Of a stretch of DNA of 64,000 bases, positions 18,301 to 25,979 are shown piece by piece (positions within the stretch are counted from its first letter, which is position 1; each line of letters starts with the position of its first letter). The DNA is from an archaeon (lineage in GTDB: Archaea > Nanobdellota > Nanobdellia > Woesearchaeales > GW2011-AR15): NCBI GenBank assembly GCA_043801855.1, contig JAZDLQ010000103.1, positions 1,834-65,833 on the forward strand, in the 5' to 3' direction. The position numbers were made by a program, and so were the translations under genes. The notes below the pieces were generated by a model. That model saw nothing but the letters and a program-made list of their open reading frames with translations, had not been told where the DNA came from and did not search any database.

Positions 18301-21300
18301 AGAACAAGTTAGCGAAACAAATAACAGGATGGAAATTTCTACTGATGAGACAGGAAAACTAGAGCTAGAGCTTTGCGCCATGCCAAATGGCGCTTATATG
18401 ATAGACATCTTTCCATTGCTTGATTTTGCAATGATGGATGAAGGTCCAAAAACAGAAGGCAAGGGAGATAACTTTGGCTTTTTTAGCGATTTCATGGTAG
18501 GTCCAGGAGAAGTAATAATTACAACAAATTTAACATATATGGTAGGTGATACTGTTGTGCTGAATATATCTGCAACTGATGATAACAACAACCCACTTAA
18601 TGGAACACTTGTTGCATCAGAATCAATCCAGGAAATATATAGCCAGAATGGAGAAACAGATATACTCGTGCATCAGAATGATTCCATTGACCTATCATTG
18701 ACGGGCGGAAGCATCCTATTACAATATGTTATCCCGCCAAACGGCACTTATGAAGAGAATGATTCTGTTGTTATGGATATCAGGGCTGCTCCTGTTGACG
18801 GAAGCATTATGCTTGAAGATAACCTAGGGGAAAAATACTCTTTTAACAACCTGCTCTATACAATTAAAAACAGCAGAATTTCAGAGTTAAGTGTTTCACA
18901 AAGTGTTAAGGCAAACAAGCTGATTAATGTATCTGTGAGAACTGAAAACACCAACCGCTACAAAGTGGAATTCGGCATATTTTTCTTAAAAGACAACACT
19001 AATAAGGAAAAGTCCTGGAAAGTTCAGGGCGGCGTGTTCCTTGCAAATGTATCCGGCCAGAATTACAGCGAAGGTGTTTTTCAGGTACTTAGCCCAAAAG
19101 AGCCAGGGACATATTATCTTGCAATTCCAATCTATGCTCTTGGAACACCAATGGATGACATTGCAACAGCCACTGAGCTTTTGATAGCGCCTGTTGAAGT
19201 TACTCTGGATCTTGCAAATGTGTCTGGAATTTTAACTGAGCTTGACGGGTCAACAGCAATCCAATCAGCGCTTGTAAGGATAGGTAAAAAGGAAGTATAC
19301 ACTAATTCAACAGGCGGATTTGAAATGCTTGTTCCAAAAGGCAAAGCAAGTATAGAAATTGAGCGAAAGGTTAACGGCGAATTAAAGCAGACAATGAAGA
19401 CTCTTGAATATGATTTTGTGAATGACACTGTAGTTGATGTTAATTTCTATGGCTTTTTGCTAAATGGCACGCTTCAGCAGACCATATTTAATATCACCAG
19501 CCCAAGTACAGACTTATCAACTATGAAGATAAGGATAAATGTATCTGTAAATAACACTGGCTACCAGAACTTCACAAACTATACTATCAAGGCAGTTGCA
19601 AGCAGCGGAGAAGAGATAAAAATTGAAAGTGTTGAGCCTATTGAAAAAGAGTATGTGTTTTTCAGGAACCTCTATGCAGGCTTTGAGACAGGCAGCTATG
19701 AACTTAATGTTAAATTCAAGGCAGAATACTGGAACAGCTCTTCTTATGTTTTGGTTAATAATATAGAACTGAATTCAACAGTAGGAGCAGTCCTTGAAAA
19801 ATCTTATGAAGTTGAGACATATGCTGTAGCAGGTGATTCTCTGGACAATGATGGAGACTGCTCTGGAAACAGAACCAATGCTCCGGATTGCACACCCCAA
19901 CAAGGAACAATTGGTATTTGTATTGATGAGGAAGAGAATAACAATAAAGATGATGACTGTGACGGAAAGATTGATGAAGATCTTGAAGGCATGAATTATT
20001 TTGAATGGTGCGGAAATGGTTTTTGCGCAGGAAGCGAAGTGTATAATTGCTTTGAAGATTGTGCAACAGGCTATTGCGGAGATAATGTCTGCTCTTCTAC
20101 AGAAACTTATATGTGCGTTGAAGACTGCGGCGGAACAAACTGCACGCCGTTAAACACATGTGCAGGCGATGGTTCAGCATATTTCTGCAACAACTGGGGA
20201 ACCCTTGAGCCTGCAAACTGGTGCCAGTCACAGTGTAATTCTGATAATTGCTGGGCTTGTTCTACTGAAGAGTGCGTAAGCAAGGGATGCACTCTTGGCA
20301 GCGAAGGGCAGAATAGTTGGTGTTATAAATTAGAAGTATGCGGTGATAATTCATGTCCTGCATGCACTTCATTTAGCGCCTGCGATGCAACTTCATCATG
20401 CCAATGGGAAGTTGATTCATACAGCCCAAATGGCGGATGGTGTGAAAGGCCATGGAACTGTGACAATGAATGCGCTGCATGCATGGATCAGTCAAGTTGT
20501 GATGCATCTACTGCAACAATGGGAGAGAGTGGATGTGCTTGGAAAGTTGAAGGTTTGGGTTCATGGTGCCAGTGGAATATGTCTTACGCACCACCTTCCG
20601 GAGGAATGGGCGGTATCATTGAAAACCTATGGGTAGACTCAAATTTCTCAAAAGGAGATTATCAGGCTCTTGAGGATTGGCAATGCTATTCTGACTATTG
20701 CGGCGTAGAAAACCAGGCAGGAAACTACTATATTATGCTATCAATGGGAACAACAAATGTTGATATTAAAGTAAACGGAGCATATTTTGCGACAATAAAT
20801 AATAGCAACGGCAACTGGGGAAAGAAATGGACTAATACAACATATGCATTTTCTAACGGTACATATTTAATCGAAATCTTTGATAAAATCGGGCCTGATT
20901 ACGTTGCATGGAACGTCACATTTGGCGACCAGACTGGAATTGGAAACATCATAATAAATACTATGGGAAACAGCAGCAGTAACAAAATAGCTGATGCATA
21001 CAATGAATCTGGAAAAGAAGTTTGTGATGGAGAGGGTAACTGCTATCTTGTAACTGGAGTAGGAATATCTGGAAATTATTATGTTACTGTTGAACTGTAT
21101 CAGGGAGATAGTATCAATGTAACAGTTAAAGACAGCAACAACAACCAGAATATCTATGCATTGAATAGTATCCCAAGACATGGTTATTACAGTACTCCTG
21201 CAATAAGTTTCCAGAACAACAAACAATACATAATTTACGTTCAGGATAATGTAAATACTGGTGTTGAGCAGTTCTGGGCTGTTGGTGTTGGTTCATGGGT

Positions 21301-21652
21301 TAGTTCGCCATTCAGATATAACTTAATGCCTATATCAGCAAGCCCAATGTGTGTTGAGAACGGCTCTGTTGCAACAGTTGAATATGCAATTACTAATACA
21401 GCATATAAGGATTCATTGTTTAATGTGACTTATGCATTTAATACAACAACCGGGATTAATACTTACGATCAGCTTGTCACATCTGTTGATTATGGGATGC
21501 CTCCAAATTTCTTGGCGACTCAGTTTTACAATCTGAATATTTGGTCTGCTGGTTCCTCATATAAATTAAATGTGACTGTTAGAAACAGCGAAAATCCAAG
21601 CGTAAACCAGAATTATACATGGATTATTAATGCAGAAGCATCTTGTCCTTAG
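12365..21652 (+). CDS. Giant secreted/surface protein (at least 3095 aa): tandem Ig-like/CARDB-like repeats, carboxypeptidase-regulatory-like domain, Cys-rich modules; no membrane anchor
   Basis: One uninterrupted ORF. There are dozens of repeats of about 90-110 aa ending in G-x-Y...V patterns. Cys-rich blocks lie at about 17306-17595 and 19830-20620. It has no signal peptide of its own; the frame is open upstream to 12017 and contiguous with 11492-12016. No C-terminal TM segment. Confidence 0.85.
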   Translation: MKDSSNNEQTIKGYFTVMGLDVSVKLIEKRPYPTGDIAEFDITVKNLETGALLTHNSTLYLVEIESNGKLYDTTTAVIAENSDTTKTSLLTFLVPNFADGNYFLKIKATNGGKVGKGTEFIEISNTEIYAELSDNFGNYRNQFKPGELAKITVSSNVNLSYVNLSVYDKGNNIKSTANATASAAGASITFNVPVAQDGYYAELTIITQSGSSVKRQVWFTVQNYFSFLDVKDLNNNHRFVNQQGSEFLAEINVVDITSGQNVDVSSFTFKINKIVNEETNAEYTNFKATRNTTYTDASTGRVTYNVIPPSLPNGIYRIEYTIVNTLGESFSGNGWFGISAFGVTVSTYDSTGQQKRGFAAGSNINVSVTLSNSYNGTATIVREFFSDVTFNVLNGNGSAVLNASSGQIPSQSGFYGFGVEVENTDGNKGYGEGFFEIKSLNFKSITARSNAKFASNALIIADIVMEKAGELVNETNATLSRLVRQRDGAALSASSLSSLSDSFGRSTINITASSLEKGFYFAELKAVKGTDTTYGGFGFEVVEDKVSITLSDTDRIFSQTENIEISVLVTYQNDTPKNNVTVNLTSFLNFNTWSTVAVNKQATTSTSGVATFSVSAANYNPARYAPVINIPGMANAIVGFGNSEFEVKPFSTTIVFSEGKDYFDTDDTITINVSVTGSVTVSAVVTDKAGNAVNVDYSYSNNVLTLNNDLDPGEYFVEVTITQSTSTVSKTLWFQVISPEIHLQPLPNPNYQETDTINFDYTVFTISSNGWALANATVNITAIKNLWQGTEEEVGVLFNATEEDSYAFDLTSYALEKGDYLLVFEVIGNPNFENTLYFRISKDVSFSASSNVASNNVSINVTTTGFGSPQILLEGYTNFESFTYTLVGGTPVSAANALLSLNGLSNGFYQANIKVTDGAENYYFNTFFDVRVKDVTIDAPGEAFVGEPVQFNITATSAGVFWVIDPFTQNIVQKTQVSPGYTELNVTFNYPTHYIYSSGVDKWEAFRNGEDINIRNVGFDVVWPYMNNRYILTGATNFTFNVSSGKYNTPMTLKLKNHFSGNTKTLSTLMTAPNSDWKEFSYDLDDAVEGLGLSNGPHDVELTLEDGSAQPPKMYFFIDIFPDQYNMWAWTDRWEYRTGEQMTINIDIFDILSGWQKQSPDNVSLESLYDSFRQPVSGSLGWTQGNNFANLTIGSSWVTGNYHAELKLNKSDVLRTVPFDFYVRGNDNLKLFWQQNKWDYSSTETYQISIDARDKGLAAVGVPVTLVGFEMRPENWNDTPTPVEINGAYNFSNNNVTDATGRITFRLNISQAQLGSGGYSARVNVGGQLVWLDFNVRTYQVDAYPEEWEYGITDTIEINARARNIDTFAPINENGNVTIIKIRRHEQGNWMPQDIPLESFGIYDASTDVFNGEALIEMSANQTALALEKAYDFELELLMNLTGSGVSKGYVWFKLSNSDKPAATIVDNTGSEPDAYFAGQNYTLRVTGATSATLRNMWGPQSMNYNKALVNNSGTLQTDFYSPQSPGMYTLEIEIRRSEGFPEFIYQDFQIGGDTQLDLWLEESSVVPEVNFTVGLFLMGKGTDPFCNPEYGCNRPMDNWFGPLGNKTVRLTAIKDLDTFTLINKTNLNIAATTSDFPDWMLVANTPGEGCGGFDTEQNCTDEGCSWIVDGYCEPKFDGCIYGDTNTCQNVHGSDCVWNIDHCQPKMSGNCQYGDSGTCESVDHAADCQWIEQDGHCEGEYDTSQDNQGQFISQGEEPGRATFNLHPTILNLTAGKSYDIIFSYISDDGEETEGKLAIQVEKFHVAISRGEENLAANTLQYVWMKTANLYGAPIANCTISFSALYSAKDYKLVKTLSISGNSSTEGNYIFTYTTPSLPGEYLVEGQVTCTVDSVPVTQKIAYFVDVSAKNLEVDMKTRFKENENIKILITTKDRMGNAIPQRLDINLYHDREDYPAPIYSLGGSDCTVLDANQAWDLRTEQVSETNNRMEISTDETGKLELELCAMPNGAYMIDIFPLLDFAMMDEGPKTEGKGDNFGFFSDFMVGPGEVIITTNLTYMVGDTVVLNISATDDNNNPLNGTLVASESIQEIYSQNGETDILVHQNDSIDLSLTGGSILLQYVIPPNGTYEENDSVVMDIRAAPVDGSIMLEDNLGEKYSFNNLLYTIKNSRISELSVSQSVKANKLINVSVRTENTNRYKVEFGIFFLKDNTNKEKSWKVQGGVFLANVSGQNYSEGVFQVLSPKEPGTYYLAIPIYALGTPMDDIATATELLIAPVEVTLDLANVSGILTELDGSTAIQSALVRIGKKEVYTNSTGGFEMLVPKGKASIEIERKVNGELKQTMKTLEYDFVNDTVVDVNFYGFLLNGTLQQTIFNITSPSTDLSTMKIRINVSVNNTGYQNFTNYTIKAVASSGEEIKIESVEPIEKEYVFFRNLYAGFETGSYELNVKFKAEYWNSSSYVLVNNIELNSTVGAVLEKSYEVETYAVAGDSLDNDGDCSGNRTNAPDCTPQQGTIGICIDEEENNNKDDDCDGKIDEDLEGMNYFEWCGNGFCAGSEVYNCFEDCATGYCGDNVCSSTETYMCVEDCGGTNCTPLNTCAGDGSAYFCNNWGTLEPANWCQSQCNSDNCWACSTEECVSKGCTLGSEGQNSWCYKLEVCGDNSCPACTSFSACDATSSCQWEVDSYSPNGGWCERPWNCDNECAACMDQSSCDASTATMGESGCAWKVEGLGSWCQWNMSYAPPSGGMGGIIENLWVDSNFSKGDYQALEDWQCYSDYCGVENQAGNYYIMLSMGTTNVDIKVNGAYFATINNSNGNWGKKWTNTTYAFSNGTYLIEIFDKIGPDYVAWNVTFGDQTGIGNIIINTMGNSSSNKIADAYNESGKEVCDGEGNCYLVTGVGISGNYYVTVELYQGDSINVTVKDSNNNQNIYALNSIPRHGYYSTPAISFQNNKQYIIYVQDNVNTGVEQFWAVGVGSWVSSPFRYNLMPISASPMCVENGSVATVEYAITNTAYKDSLFNVTYAFNTTTGINTYDQLVTSVDYGMPPNFLATQFYNLNIWSAGSSYKLNVTVRNSENPSVNQNYTWIINAEASCP

Positions 21653-21663
21653 AGGTGAATGAA

Positions 21664-22842
21664 ATGAAAAAAATAGTAATAGCCGTTTTTTACTTGTTTG
21701 TTTTAGTTTTTAGCGCATCTGCTGCAACTCTTTCATGCCAGCAGATAAGTGAAACAAGCCAAAGTATTCCTCAATTTTCGAGTAGCACTATTGAGATAAG
21801 ATGCAGCGCGTCAGGAGGAACAGTAAGTAATATTCAAATAACTCCAAATAGCAATCCTTCAACAGGATTAACTATTACAAGCAGCCAGACTATCAGCAGT
21901 TCGATATCTGATCAGTCAAGCAGTACTGCAAAGTGGAGTGCAACCGGCGATTCGCCAAACACTTACACTGTTTCTTATACTGTATCAAGTGATGGCACAA
22001 ACTCATGGAGCGGCGCCTCCACTACAACAGTTAGTGTTCCTTCACCTGCCCAGCTTAGCGTTGAATATGTTCTGCCTCCAAGTATCTTTGCACCGGCAGT
22101 TGAAACGCTTGATTTCCAGATAACAAACATTGGAGGAACAAGTGCCACAAACGTGAAGATGAAATTAAATAATGGCTCTCTTTACACATATCCAACCTCA
22201 ATTGAAGCAGGAGCATCAGCCTCATACAGCTGGACAAATTCAACTGGATTTAATGTATCTGGTGAATACACAACTTATGTTTATATTGCAGATACATTGC
22301 ATGACAGCGTAACAGCAACAGTTTTGACAGGAGAGGAAGGCATAAATGCAACAAGCGGCTGGAGCCTTATAAGTTATCCAAAGCAGCCTGATAATACAAG
22401 CGTTGTCCATGCAGTTGAAGACATATCTTCTATCTTTACTATAATTTATAGATATGATGGTGGCGTCACATGGAAATCTTATGACGGCCCTGGTGGCTCT
22501 CCTGACACATTAACAACAATATCCTCTGCAAAAGGTTATTGGCTTAAAACAACTCAGTCAACACAGCTGAATTTTACAGGAACAGAGGTATCAAGTATGC
22601 AGATAAATCTAACAAGCGGCTGGAATCTAATAGGATATCCGAAATCTACAACTACTAATTTAACAACTACAATGGCAGATATACTTAACAATGTAGATAC
22701 TATTTTCAGGTTTGATGGCGGTGTCACATGGAAATCTTATGACGGGCCTGGTGGTTCTCCCGACACATTGACAACACTTACTCCTGGAAAAGGTTATTAT
22801 GTAAAAATGAATAATGCAGATACTTTATCAGTGATAAACTAA
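21664..22842 (+). CDS. Secreted CARDB-like protein with two C-terminal GWNLIGYP...PGKGYYVK repeats (cassette 1, gene A)
   Basis: I prefer the ATG at 21664 (MKKIVIAVFYLFVLVFSASA signal peptide), which is preceded by GAGGTGA 6 nt upstream; the track start 21643 is TTG. A CARDB-like segment (LDFQITNIGGTSATNVKMKL) is followed by two repeats of about 75 aa. Confidence 0.8.
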   Translation: MKKIVIAVFYLFVLVFSASAATLSCQQISETSQSIPQFSSSTIEIRCSASGGTVSNIQITPNSNPSTGLTITSSQTISSSISDQSSSTAKWSATGDSPNTYTVSYTVSSDGTNSWSGASTTTVSVPSPAQLSVEYVLPPSIFAPAVETLDFQITNIGGTSATNVKMKLNNGSLYTYPTSIEAGASASYSWTNSTGFNVSGEYTTYVYIADTLHDSVTATVLTGEEGINATSGWSLISYPKQPDNTSVVHAVEDISSIFTIIYRYDGGVTWKSYDGPGGSPDTLTTISSAKGYWLKTTQSTQLNFTGTEVSSMQINLTSGWNLIGYPKSTTTNLTTTMADILNNVDTIFRFDGGVTWKSYDGPGGSPDTLTTLTPGKGYYVKMNNADTLSVIN

Positions 22843-23275
22843 TAGGTATACAGTAAGAAAAAGGATATAAAAAAATGAAAATCAAATACGGCTTAAACTT
22901 TTTATCATATCTTGTAACAGGCTTATTGATAATGGTCCTTGTATCAGGGAACATTCAGACTTCATTATCAGATTCTGGAACAGGCGTCAGAGTCATAACC
23001 AGTGGATTGCTTGTGTCAAATGCAAATCTTACTGTTTTGATATTTACTGATCCTGATGGAGGAACTCCTGTATACAATGAGACTTTTGTAAATTCAATAA
23101 TGAATGGCAGCTGGGGGGTAATGCTTGGTGAAAACCCTTCTATTCCGCTTAATCTGGAATTCAACAGGAAATACTATAAGGATTATCTTATTAACGATGA
23201 AAATGTAAGTTTTACAAATCTGACTGGCTCAACTGTTGACAGGCAGTTTTTCTACAGTCCAATGGGTGAAATTGG
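22800..23275. repeat. Copy 1 of a near-identical segment of about 480 bp, spanning the gene A 3' end, the intergenic spacer and the gene B 5' end
   Basis: Aligns with 25503-25979 at a constant offset of 2703/2704 nt. It includes AAAATGAATAATGC...TCAGTGATAAACTAA...GTAAGAAAAAGGATATAAAAAAATGAAAATCAAATACGGCTTAAACTTTTTATCATATCTTGTAACAGGCTTATTGATAATG. Roughly nine in ten positions are identical by eye. Confidence 0.85.
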
Positions 23276-24776
23276 TCGTGATTCAAATTCTTCAGGACTT
23301 CATTCAACCGCAATAGGGTATGAGAATAACGCTTCAGGCGATTATTCAACAACTATAGGCAGGAAAAATCTGGCGAATGCAAGCTATGCTTTTGCAGCAG
23401 GTTATTTAAGCAACGCAACAGGTTATGCATCCTCTTCAATCGGCTGGACAGCACGAGCTTCAGGAATTGCATCATTTGCAGCAGGAATGAACACAGTTTC
23501 TTCTGGAATTGGAGCCTCTTCTTTAGGCTCAGATACTATTGCAAACGGGCATTATTCAGTAGCTTCAGGTTATTTTGCACAGGCTTCAGGTTTGGCATCA
23601 GAAGCATTCGGGTATTATGCAAAAGCAACAGGAGATTATTCAACAGCAGTTGGCAACTTTGCAAAATCACATGGGATTTACTCTTTTGCATGGGGTGGAT
23701 CCAATTGTTCAGTTGCCTCTTCTTCATGCAATAATACTGCACAGAATGCTTTTGCTGTCTATGGTAGCGTCTGTGTTTCAAATGCGACAAATGCGTGCCA
23801 GGCCAAAGGAGATGGAACAATTAGCGCAGAACAAATATGCTTAAATGGAAACTGCAGGACAATCTGGTCAACTCAGGGTGCAAATTATTCATGGGATACT
23901 GTTTCAAATGTGACTGCTGTTGCACTTGGAGTAAATACAAATGCAAGCGGGACTAATTCAACTGCACTGGGCATGGCAACAAATGCAGAAGGGCTTGGCT
24001 CATTTGCAGCAGGGAAAGAAACACATGCATCAGGGATTGCAGCAAGTGCAATGGGTTTAAACTGCACAGCATCAGGATGGTATTCAACAGCATTAGGTAA
24101 GGATTCAAATGCAGTAGCCTTTGGCTCTCTTGCGGCAGGGTATGGCGCAACTGCAGGCTCATACTGGGCTGACTATGCAGCTGTTGCCCTTGGAATGTAT
24201 ACACAGGCGCATGGTCCATATACAACTGCGATGGGCTATAATACAAGAGCAACAGGCAGTGCAGCAACAGTAATGGGAAAAGACACTCTTGCGACAGGGG
24301 ATTATTCAACTGCTGCAGGATACAATACGTATGCAATATGGGAATCCTCTTTTGCTATTGGTGAAGGCACAATTGCAGGCTCTTTGTATAAAGGAAAAGC
24401 ATTGGCAACAGGTTATTTCACTCATGCAGCAGGCAATATTTCAACAGCACTGGGCAGCTATGCTAAATCTTATGCTGATAATTCATTTGCATGGGGAGGA
24501 AGCAACTGCACAACAACAGCATCATTTTGTAATGCAACAAAGAAGAACACATTTGCAGTATTTGGGAATTTATGTGTGGCCAATGCAACAACAGTATGCC
24601 CTGAAATAGCCGATGGTACAGCATATTTTAGCGATGCAATGCAATTGCAGCCAAGACTAAATCCACCATCTGCATCTGCAATAGGCAAAATTTATTATGA
24701 TTCAGATCTTAATAAAATATGTTTCTATAATTCGTCATCATGGGTGTCAACTGATGGAGAGACAGTGTGCAGCTAA
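22875..24776 (+). CDS. Hep_Hag/YadA-head-like repeat protein, two tandem repeat-plus-cap modules (cassette 1, gene B)
   Basis: 633 aa. An N-terminal hydrophobic segment (MKIKYGLNFLSYLVTGLLIMVLVSG) and a conserved domain of about 110 aa are followed by 14-residue repeats of the type S-x-A-x-G-x-x-x-x-A-S-G-x-x. The module SFAWGGSNC...FAV(Y/F)G..CV.NAT..C occurs twice. C-terminal tail: GKIYYDSDLNKICFYNSSSWV. Confidence 0.8.
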   Translation: MKIKYGLNFLSYLVTGLLIMVLVSGNIQTSLSDSGTGVRVITSGLLVSNANLTVLIFTDPDGGTPVYNETFVNSIMNGSWGVMLGENPSIPLNLEFNRKYYKDYLINDENVSFTNLTGSTVDRQFFYSPMGEIGRDSNSSGLHSTAIGYENNASGDYSTTIGRKNLANASYAFAAGYLSNATGYASSSIGWTARASGIASFAAGMNTVSSGIGASSLGSDTIANGHYSVASGYFAQASGLASEAFGYYAKATGDYSTAVGNFAKSHGIYSFAWGGSNCSVASSSCNNTAQNAFAVYGSVCVSNATNACQAKGDGTISAEQICLNGNCRTIWSTQGANYSWDTVSNVTAVALGVNTNASGTNSTALGMATNAEGLGSFAAGKETHASGIAASAMGLNCTASGWYSTALGKDSNAVAFGSLAAGYGATAGSYWADYAAVALGMYTQAHGPYTTAMGYNTRATGSAATVMGKDTLATGDYSTAAGYNTYAIWESSFAIGEGTIAGSLYKGKALATGYFTHAAGNISTALGSYAKSYADNSFAWGGSNCTTTASFCNATKKNTFAVFGNLCVANATTVCPEIADGTAYFSDAMQLQPRLNPPSASAIGKIYYDSDLNKICFYNSSSWVSTDGETVCS

Positions 24777-24777
24777 A

Positions 24778-25545
24778 ATGAGACAGGTTATTCAAAATAC
24801 AGCATTGCAGATTTTCTTTTTATCATTGTTGCTAATTATTTCACTAAGGACTGTTTATGGAAATTCAACATCATATAGTATTGCTTTTTTAGAAAACGGC
24901 ATTGCAGATTCAGTGGCAGCAAGCAGTGCAAGCTATTCTGTTGAGTCTGCAAACAACAATGCTGAGCCTGCTGGAAACATGAGTTCAGCAAGCTTATATG
25001 GTGAATTTGGAAAAAAACAGCTCATTCAGGAATCAAATAAAATTATTGCTCTGGCTTCTGGCTGGAATTTAATCAGTTTTCCGCTGGGATTAAAAAATGA
25101 GTCCATTACAAATGCAGTATCTGGCATCTCACCATCATTAAGCATTGTTTACAGGTATGACGGCGGAGTTACCTGGAAAAGCTATGATGGCGCTGGCGGT
25201 TCTCCTGATACACTCTCATCAATTGCACCAGGAAAAGGTTATTGGGTTAAAATGACAAATTCAGAAGACCTTGAAAACATAGGTTATGTGCTGGATTATG
25301 TATCCATTCCGCTTTCATCTGGCTGGAATTTAATTGGCTATCCAAAATCAGCAAGCAGAAGCCTGACTGAAGTTTTTTCAAATATTACTGATAATCTGGC
25401 GATAGTTTATAGATATGACGGAGGAGTTATATGGAAAAGCTATGATGGTCCAGGAGGTTCACCAGATACATTGACAACCTTAAGCCCTGGAAAAGGATAT
25501 TATGTGAAAATGAATAATGCTGATACTTTATCAGTGATAAACTAA
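24778..25545 (+). CDS. Secreted protein with two GWNLI(S/G)(F/Y)P...PGKGY(W/Y)VKM repeats (cassette 2, gene A)
   Basis: The ATG at 24778 lies just after the stop of the preceding gene and gives MRQVIQNTALQIFFLSLLLIISLRTVYG. The track start 24697 would overlap the upstream gene by 80 nt. The C-terminal 16 residues (GKGYYVKMNNADTLSVIN) are identical to those of 21664-22842. Confidence 0.8.
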   Translation: MRQVIQNTALQIFFLSLLLIISLRTVYGNSTSYSIAFLENGIADSVAASSASYSVESANNNAEPAGNMSSASLYGEFGKKQLIQESNKIIALASGWNLISFPLGLKNESITNAVSGISPSLSIVYRYDGGVTWKSYDGAGGSPDTLSSIAPGKGYWVKMTNSEDLENIGYVLDYVSIPLSSGWNLIGYPKSASRSLTEVFSNITDNLAIVYRYDGGVIWKSYDGPGGSPDTLTTLSPGKGYYVKMNNADTLSVIN

Positions 25546-25979
25546 CAGGTTATACTGTAAGAAAAAGGATATAAAAAAATGAAAATCAAATACGGCTTAA
25601 ACTTTTTATCATATCTTGTAACAGGCTTATTGATAATGTCCTTTGTATCAGGGAACATTCAGACTTCATTATCAGATTCTGGAACAGGCGTCAGAACAAT
25701 AAGCAGCGGGCAACTTGTGTCGAATACAAACCTTACTGTTTTAATATTTACTAATCCTGATGGAGGAACTCCAGTATACAATGAAACTTTTGTAAATTCA
25801 ATAATGAATGGCAGCTGGGGGGTAATGCTTGGTGAAAACCCTTCTATCCCATTGTATCTTGAGTTCAATAGAAAATACTACAAGGATTATATGATAAATA
25901 ATGAGAACGTAAGCTTCACAAACCTTAGCGGCTCAACAGTTGACAGGCAATTCTTCTATTCTCCTATGGGTGAGTGGGG
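25503..25979. repeat. Copy 2 of the near-identical segment of about 480 bp (see 22800-23275)
   Basis: Direct comparison of the two stretches; the intergenic spacer differs by a single 1-nt indel and a few substitutions. Confidence 0.85.

Noticed and set aside
22875-22950. Class III (type IV pilin-like) signal peptide on the Hep_Hag proteins (MKIKYG/LNFLSYLVTGLLIMVLV)
   Set aside because: The short charged leader plus hydrophobic stretch is suggestive. However, the -2 position is Tyr rather than the charged residue expected by archaeal prepilin-peptidase rules, so it cannot be called without a dedicated predictor.
23536-24609. Several alternative-frame and antisense ORFs (about 60-130 aa) inside the Hep_Hag genes (also 26171-27122)
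   Set aside because: They are artefacts of the 42-nt periodic repeat DNA, which keeps other frames open. The translations are Q/L/H-rich nonsense, and they overlap strongly supported long ORFs.
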